64,000 nucleotides of DNA, taken from the NCBI GenBank assembly GCA_964626665.1, contig CAZVGK010000001.1, positions 141,914 to 205,913 on the forward strand, given 5' to 3'. Below the pieces are notes generated by a model, which searched no databases, had not been told where the DNA came from, and saw only the letters and a list, made by a program, of their open reading frames with translations. The translations under genes were made by a program, and so were the position numbers. This DNA comes from an uncultured Gemmatimonadota bacterium. GTDB lineage: Bacteria > SM23-81 > DAOVCL01. This document shows positions 60,995 to 64,000 of the stretch, one piece after another. How positions within the stretch are numbered: position 1 is the stretch's first letter; each line of letters begins with the position of its first letter.

Positions 60995-61514
60995 TTTTAC
61001 CCTCCTTTAGAGACTGAATAGCCACTAATGTCCCCACCAAATTGCGGATTATCCCCTGTAGGGTTCCAGTCAATCCGGCAATGGGAGAACCGATCGTCGA
61101 GAGCAGCCTACTCAGGAGGATATCCCTGGGTGGCAACCCTTGCACCCTCTCTGCTAAGGAGGGGCCACCAATTTCCCCTTCAAAGAGAATGCCCTTTATT
61201 TTCGGTTTCTCCTTCTCCCGGGCGAATTCCGCCAATGCCCTGGCCGGCTCAATGGAGTCTGCACTGCTGGTTACCAGGGCAGTTGGCCCCTGCAGATAAG
61301 TCAGTAGGCCCTCCAATTCAGCCTGGCGGACGGCAATTCTGGCCAGGGTGTTCTTCACCACTCTGAAATTGACCGCTCTTGCCCTTAAATTCCGCCGTAG
61401 TTGGTTCATATCATCGACCTTTAGGCCGCTAAAATCTGCCAGAACCACAGACTGGCTAGCGGAGAGCATGCCGGTCAAATCATCTACTATAGCTTTTTTC
61501 TCCTTTTTGGCCAT
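60987..61514 (-). CDS. rplJ: 50S ribosomal protein L10
   Basis: 175 aa; position between rplA and rplL. Confidence 0.9.
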   Translation of the reverse strand: MAKKEKKAIVDDLTGMLSASQSVVLADFSGLKVDDMNQLRRNLRARAVNFRVVKNTLARIAVRQAELEGLLTYLQGPTALVTSSADSIEPARALAEFAREKEKPKIKGILFEGEIGGPSLAERVQGLPPRDILLSRLLSTIGSPIAGLTGTLQGIIRNLVGTLVAIQSLKEGKNG

Positions 61515-62221
61515 TAGGCCTCCCGCAAAACTATCCTTATATCCGCCACATCTACCTTAATTCCTATCCCCATTGTAGAGGAGACAGTTGCTGTTTTCAA
61601 ATACTGGCCTTTAGCCGCTGGGGGTCGCGCTCCCATCACCGAGGCCAACAGGGCTTTGACATTCTCCAGCAGCGCCTCCTGGGAAAAGGAGGCTTTGCCA
61701 ATGGGGGCATGGAGATTCCCGGCTTTGTCCACCCGGTATTCTATCTTCCCCCCCTTGGCATCCTTTACTGCCTTGGCCACATCAAGGGTAACGGTTCCTG
61801 ACTTGGGGTTGGGCATCAGACCCCTGGGGCCTAATATCCTTCCTAATTTGCCCACAGTTCCCATCATATCTGGTGTAGCGATAATCACGTCGACATCCGT
61901 CCATCCTCCGGCCAACTTCTCGATATACTCATCTGAGCCCACCCAATCTGTCCCTGCCGCTTCCGCCTCCTTCTCCTTCTCCCCTCTGGTGAGGACCAGA
62001 ACCCTTACCTCCCTACCTGTTCCGTTGGGTAGAACCACGGTCCCGCGCACCATCTGATCGGCCTTTCGCGGGTCAACGCCTAACCTGAGGGCAACCTCTA
62101 CCGTCTCATCAAAACGGGAGTTGGCGGTATCCTTTACCATTTGCAAGGCCTGCCCCAAGGGAATTTTTTGATCCTTTTCCACCTTCTCTCGGGAGGCCTG
62201 ATATCTTTTACCCCTCTTCAT
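61514..62221 (-). CDS. rplA: 50S ribosomal protein L1
   Basis: [29 protein letters not shown]... Confidence 0.95.
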   Translation of the reverse strand: MKRGKRYQASREKVEKDQKIPLGQALQMVKDTANSRFDETVEVALRLGVDPRKADQMVRGTVVLPNGTGREVRVLVLTRGEKEKEAEAAGTDWVGSDEYIEKLAGGWTDVDVIIATPDMMGTVGKLGRILGPRGLMPNPKSGTVTLDVAKAVKDAKGGKIEYRVDKAGNLHAPIGKASFSQEALLENVKALLASVMGARPPAAKGQYLKTATVSSTMGIGIKVDVADIRIVLREA

Positions 62222-62645
62222 CTACAACCTCCAAGCCCATACTTCTTGCTGTCCCCTCTACCTGTCTCATTGCCGCCTCTATTTCGGTGGCATTCAGATC
62301 CACGAGTTTTAGCTCTGCTATTTCTTTAACCTGCTTGCGGCTGACTTTCCCTACCTTGTTGCGATTGGGCTCCGGGGATCCTTTCTCTATCCCTGCTGCC
62401 TTAGCCAGCAGGACCGCAGCGGGAGGGGTTTTGGTAATGAAGGTAAATGTTCTGTCGGCATAGATGGTTAAAACCACAGGGATGATCAACCCCTCTTGTT
62501 TCGCTGTTTGGGAGTTAAATGCCTTGCAGAACTCCATGATGTTTACCCCATACTGTCCCAAGGCTGGCCCCACAGGGGGGGCAGGATTGGCTTTGCCCGC
62601 GGGTATCTGTAGCTTAACTGTACCTAATATCTTCTTCTTGGCCAA
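62208..62645 (-). CDS. rplK: 50S ribosomal protein L11
   Basis: [34 protein letters not shown]. Confidence 0.95.
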   Translation of the reverse strand: MAKKKILGTVKLQIPAGKANPAPPVGPALGQYGVNIMEFCKAFNSQTAKQEGLIIPVVLTIYADRTFTFITKTPPAAVLLAKAAGIEKGSPEPNRNKVGKVSRKQVKEIAELKLVDLNATEIEAAMRQVEGTARSMGLEVVDEEG

Positions 62646-62757
62646 TATCTTCCCCTTTACGAAGCTGCGCCTTCCCGTTTAGGGTAAACTTGCTGACGAT
62701 TGGAAGAACTAGGTTGGGCGAAGCTTAAAATTGTAAATTGCAAAAGTCAAAACTATC

Positions 62758-62815
62758 TTATTTTTCAATGGCTGGCTGCAAACATTCGGCCTTCCGATGA
62801 AACCAGCTAGATACT
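62758..62815. repeat. Intergenic repeat in the nusG-rplK spacer, related to 19094-19165
   Basis: Shared blocks caatggctggctgcaaaca / caatctctggctgcaaaac and gatgaaaccagcta / tatgaaaccagcta on the same strand. Confidence 0.5.
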
Positions 62816-63334
62816 TTGCACTTGGAGGAAGTCGAGCTCCACAGGAGTGGAACGGCCAAATATGCTGACCAGCACCTTGACCCTTCCCCTCTCCGGATTC
62901 ACCTCGCTGACCACCCCGGAGAAATCGGTAAAGGGACCATCCGTAACCTTGATGGCATCGCCCACCTTAAAGGGAACCTCTATCTTTTCCCCTTGCTGGT
63001 GGCTGACCTGCTCAAAGATCCTTTCTACCTCCACTTGAGGTAAGGGTTGGGGCTTACCCTTGGCCCCCACGAAGTTAGTAATCCCTGGAGTGCTGACTAC
63101 TAAATGGCTGGTCTCCTTGTCTAAGTCCATCTCCACGAGGACATAACTGGGGAGGAACTTCTTCGTAGTTACCATCCTTTTCCCCTTCTTCATCTCCACC
63201 ACCTGTTCGGTGGGGACTAAAACCTTCCCTATCCTTTCCTGGAGCCCCTGCGCGGCAATTGCCTTTTCCAAGCTCTTCTTCACCCTCTGTTCATGTCCAG
63301 AAAGGGTATGGACAACATACCACATCTTCTTCAT
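62807..63334 (-). CDS. nusG: Transcription termination/antitermination factor NusG
   Basis: MWYVVHTLSGHEQRVKKSLE (NGN domain) and C-terminal KOW. Confidence 0.95.
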   Translation of the reverse strand: MKKMWYVVHTLSGHEQRVKKSLEKAIAAQGLQERIGKVLVPTEQVVEMKKGKRMVTTKKFLPSYVLVEMDLDKETSHLVVSTPGITNFVGAKGKPQPLPQVEVERIFEQVSHQQGEKIEVPFKVGDAIKVTDGPFTDFSGVVSEVNPERGRVKVLVSIFGRSTPVELDFLQVQSI

Positions 63335-63519
63335 CTGCCCAAGACAAGATTGGCCAGGTTGGAGAGACCGAGATCTACCGCCCCAATGAAGATGGCCAGG
63401 AGTAAGGAGACGACAACTACCACGATGGTGGAGGTGATCACCTCCTCCCTGGTGGACCAGGTGATTTTCCCCATCTCCAGCTTGACCTCTTTTAGGAATT
63501 TCCTGATTTTCTCTATCAT
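63331..63519 (-). CDS. secE: Preprotein translocase subunit SecE
   Basis: Short single-TM protein (KITWSTREEVITSTIVVVVVSLLLAIFIGAVD); start set at MIEKIR so it does not overlap the tRNA. Confidence 0.8.
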   Translation of the reverse strand: MIEKIRKFLKEVKLEMGKITWSTREEVITSTIVVVVVSLLLAIFIGAVDLGLSNLANLVLGR

Positions 63520-63525
63520 AATAGC

Positions 63526-63602
63526 TGGCAGGCCTGGAGGGATTCGAACCCCCAACTTCCGGTTTTGGAGACCGGCGCTCTAGCCGTTAGAGCTACAGGC
63601 CT
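63526..63602 (-). tRNA. tRNA-Trp (anticodon CCA), CCA end encoded
   Basis: Hand-folded cloverleaf: acceptor AGGCCTG/CAGGCCT, D-stem GCTC/GAGC, anticodon stem CCGGT/ACCGG with loop CTCCAAA, T-arm GGGGG-TTCGAAT-CCCTC. Confidence 0.9.
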
Positions 63603-63608
63603 GCGATT

Positions 63609-63758
63609 TTACCTTGTCTCCCGGTGAATGGTATGTTTCTTACAGAACTTGCAATATTTTTTAAAGCTTAGCCTATCCGGATGTTTCCTCTTGTTCTTCG
63701 TAGTGGTATAATTTCTCCGCTTACACTCCGTGCAGGCCAAGGTAACTATTTCTCTCAT
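63609..63758 (-). CDS. rpmG: 50S ribosomal protein L33 (49 aa, below the ORF-track size cutoff)
   Basis: Hand translation: [49 protein letters not shown] with C-x2-C...C-x2-C zinc ribbon; start ATG overlaps the tuf copy 2 stop (ATGA). Confidence 0.85.
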   Translation of the reverse strand: MREIVTLACTECKRRNYTTTKNKRKHPDRLSFKKYCKFCKKHTIHRETR

Positions 63759-64000
63759 TTTATGACCTCAGCTACGACCCCTGCTCCCACGGTTCTTCCC
63801 CCCTCCCTGATGGCAAACCGCAACTCTTTTTCCATGGCGATGGGCGTGATCAGCTCCCCCTCTATGGTCACATTATCCCCAGGCATGACCATCTCTACCC
63901 CCTCCGGTAGCTTTACCACCCCAGTCACATCCGTGGTGCGAAAATAAAACTGCGGCCTATACCCACCGAAGAAAGGTGTATGCCTACCCCCTTCCTCCTT
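63755..64000 (-). CDS. tuf: Elongation factor Tu, second copy (3' portion only; continues beyond the window)
   Basis: 63766-64000 is nearly identical to the 3' end of tuf at 48451-48690, with a few synonymous differences and a different stop codon. Confidence 0.9.
   Translation of the reverse strand, partial: KEEGGRHTPFFGGYRPQFYFRTTDVTGVVKLPEGVEMVMPGDNVTIEGELITPIAMEKELRFAIREGGRTVGAGVVAEVIK

Noticed and set aside
62646-62806. Sigma-54-type promoter (GG-N10-GC) in the nusG-rplK spacer on the - strand (aGGCCgaatgtTTGCa)
   Set aside because: Only a partial consensus match, and the related repeat copy at 19094-19165 does not keep the motif at the same offset, so it looks like a chance match inside a repeat.
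63681-63947. 88-aa + strand ORF at the window end
   Set aside because: Antisense to the second tuf copy, which is clearly the real gene there.

Overview
This 64 kb window looks like chromosomal DNA from a flagellated bacterium, tentatively from the FCB-group or a related candidate phylum (judged from three secreted proteins with Por/T9SS-type C-terminal sorting domains). Everything below rests on reading the supplied ORF translations and the raw sequence by eye; no searches or statistics were run. Positions 1-21.6 kb (+ strand) hold a long flagellar operon: fliK (5' partial), flgD, flgE, a beta-propeller lipoprotein, flbD, motAB, fliLMN(O)PQR, flhBAFG, fliA, then three uncharacterised genes. 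A frameshifted IS200/RAYT-like transposase remnant and a ferredoxin-fused etfA follow. Positions 24-64 kb (- strand) carry an almost complete ribosomal/RNA-polymerase super-operon: tuf copy 2 (partial), rpmG, tRNA-Trp, secE, nusG, rplKAJL, rpoBC, rpsLG, fusA, tuf, the S10 and spc clusters, secY, adk, infA, rpmJ, rpsMKD, rpoA, rplQ. The main anomaly is that this normally contiguous gene order is broken twice by same-strand genes for large secreted proteins: a 1481-aa gingipain-like C25 peptidase plus a 404-aa protein between rplW and rplB, and a 466-aa secreted protein plus a 630-aa M23-like protein between tuf and rpsJ. Parts of these inserts have visibly AT-rich third codon positions. Several families of short intergenic repeats (MITE-like and hairpin/REP-like) are scattered through both operons. 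No rRNA genes or CRISPR arrays were seen.
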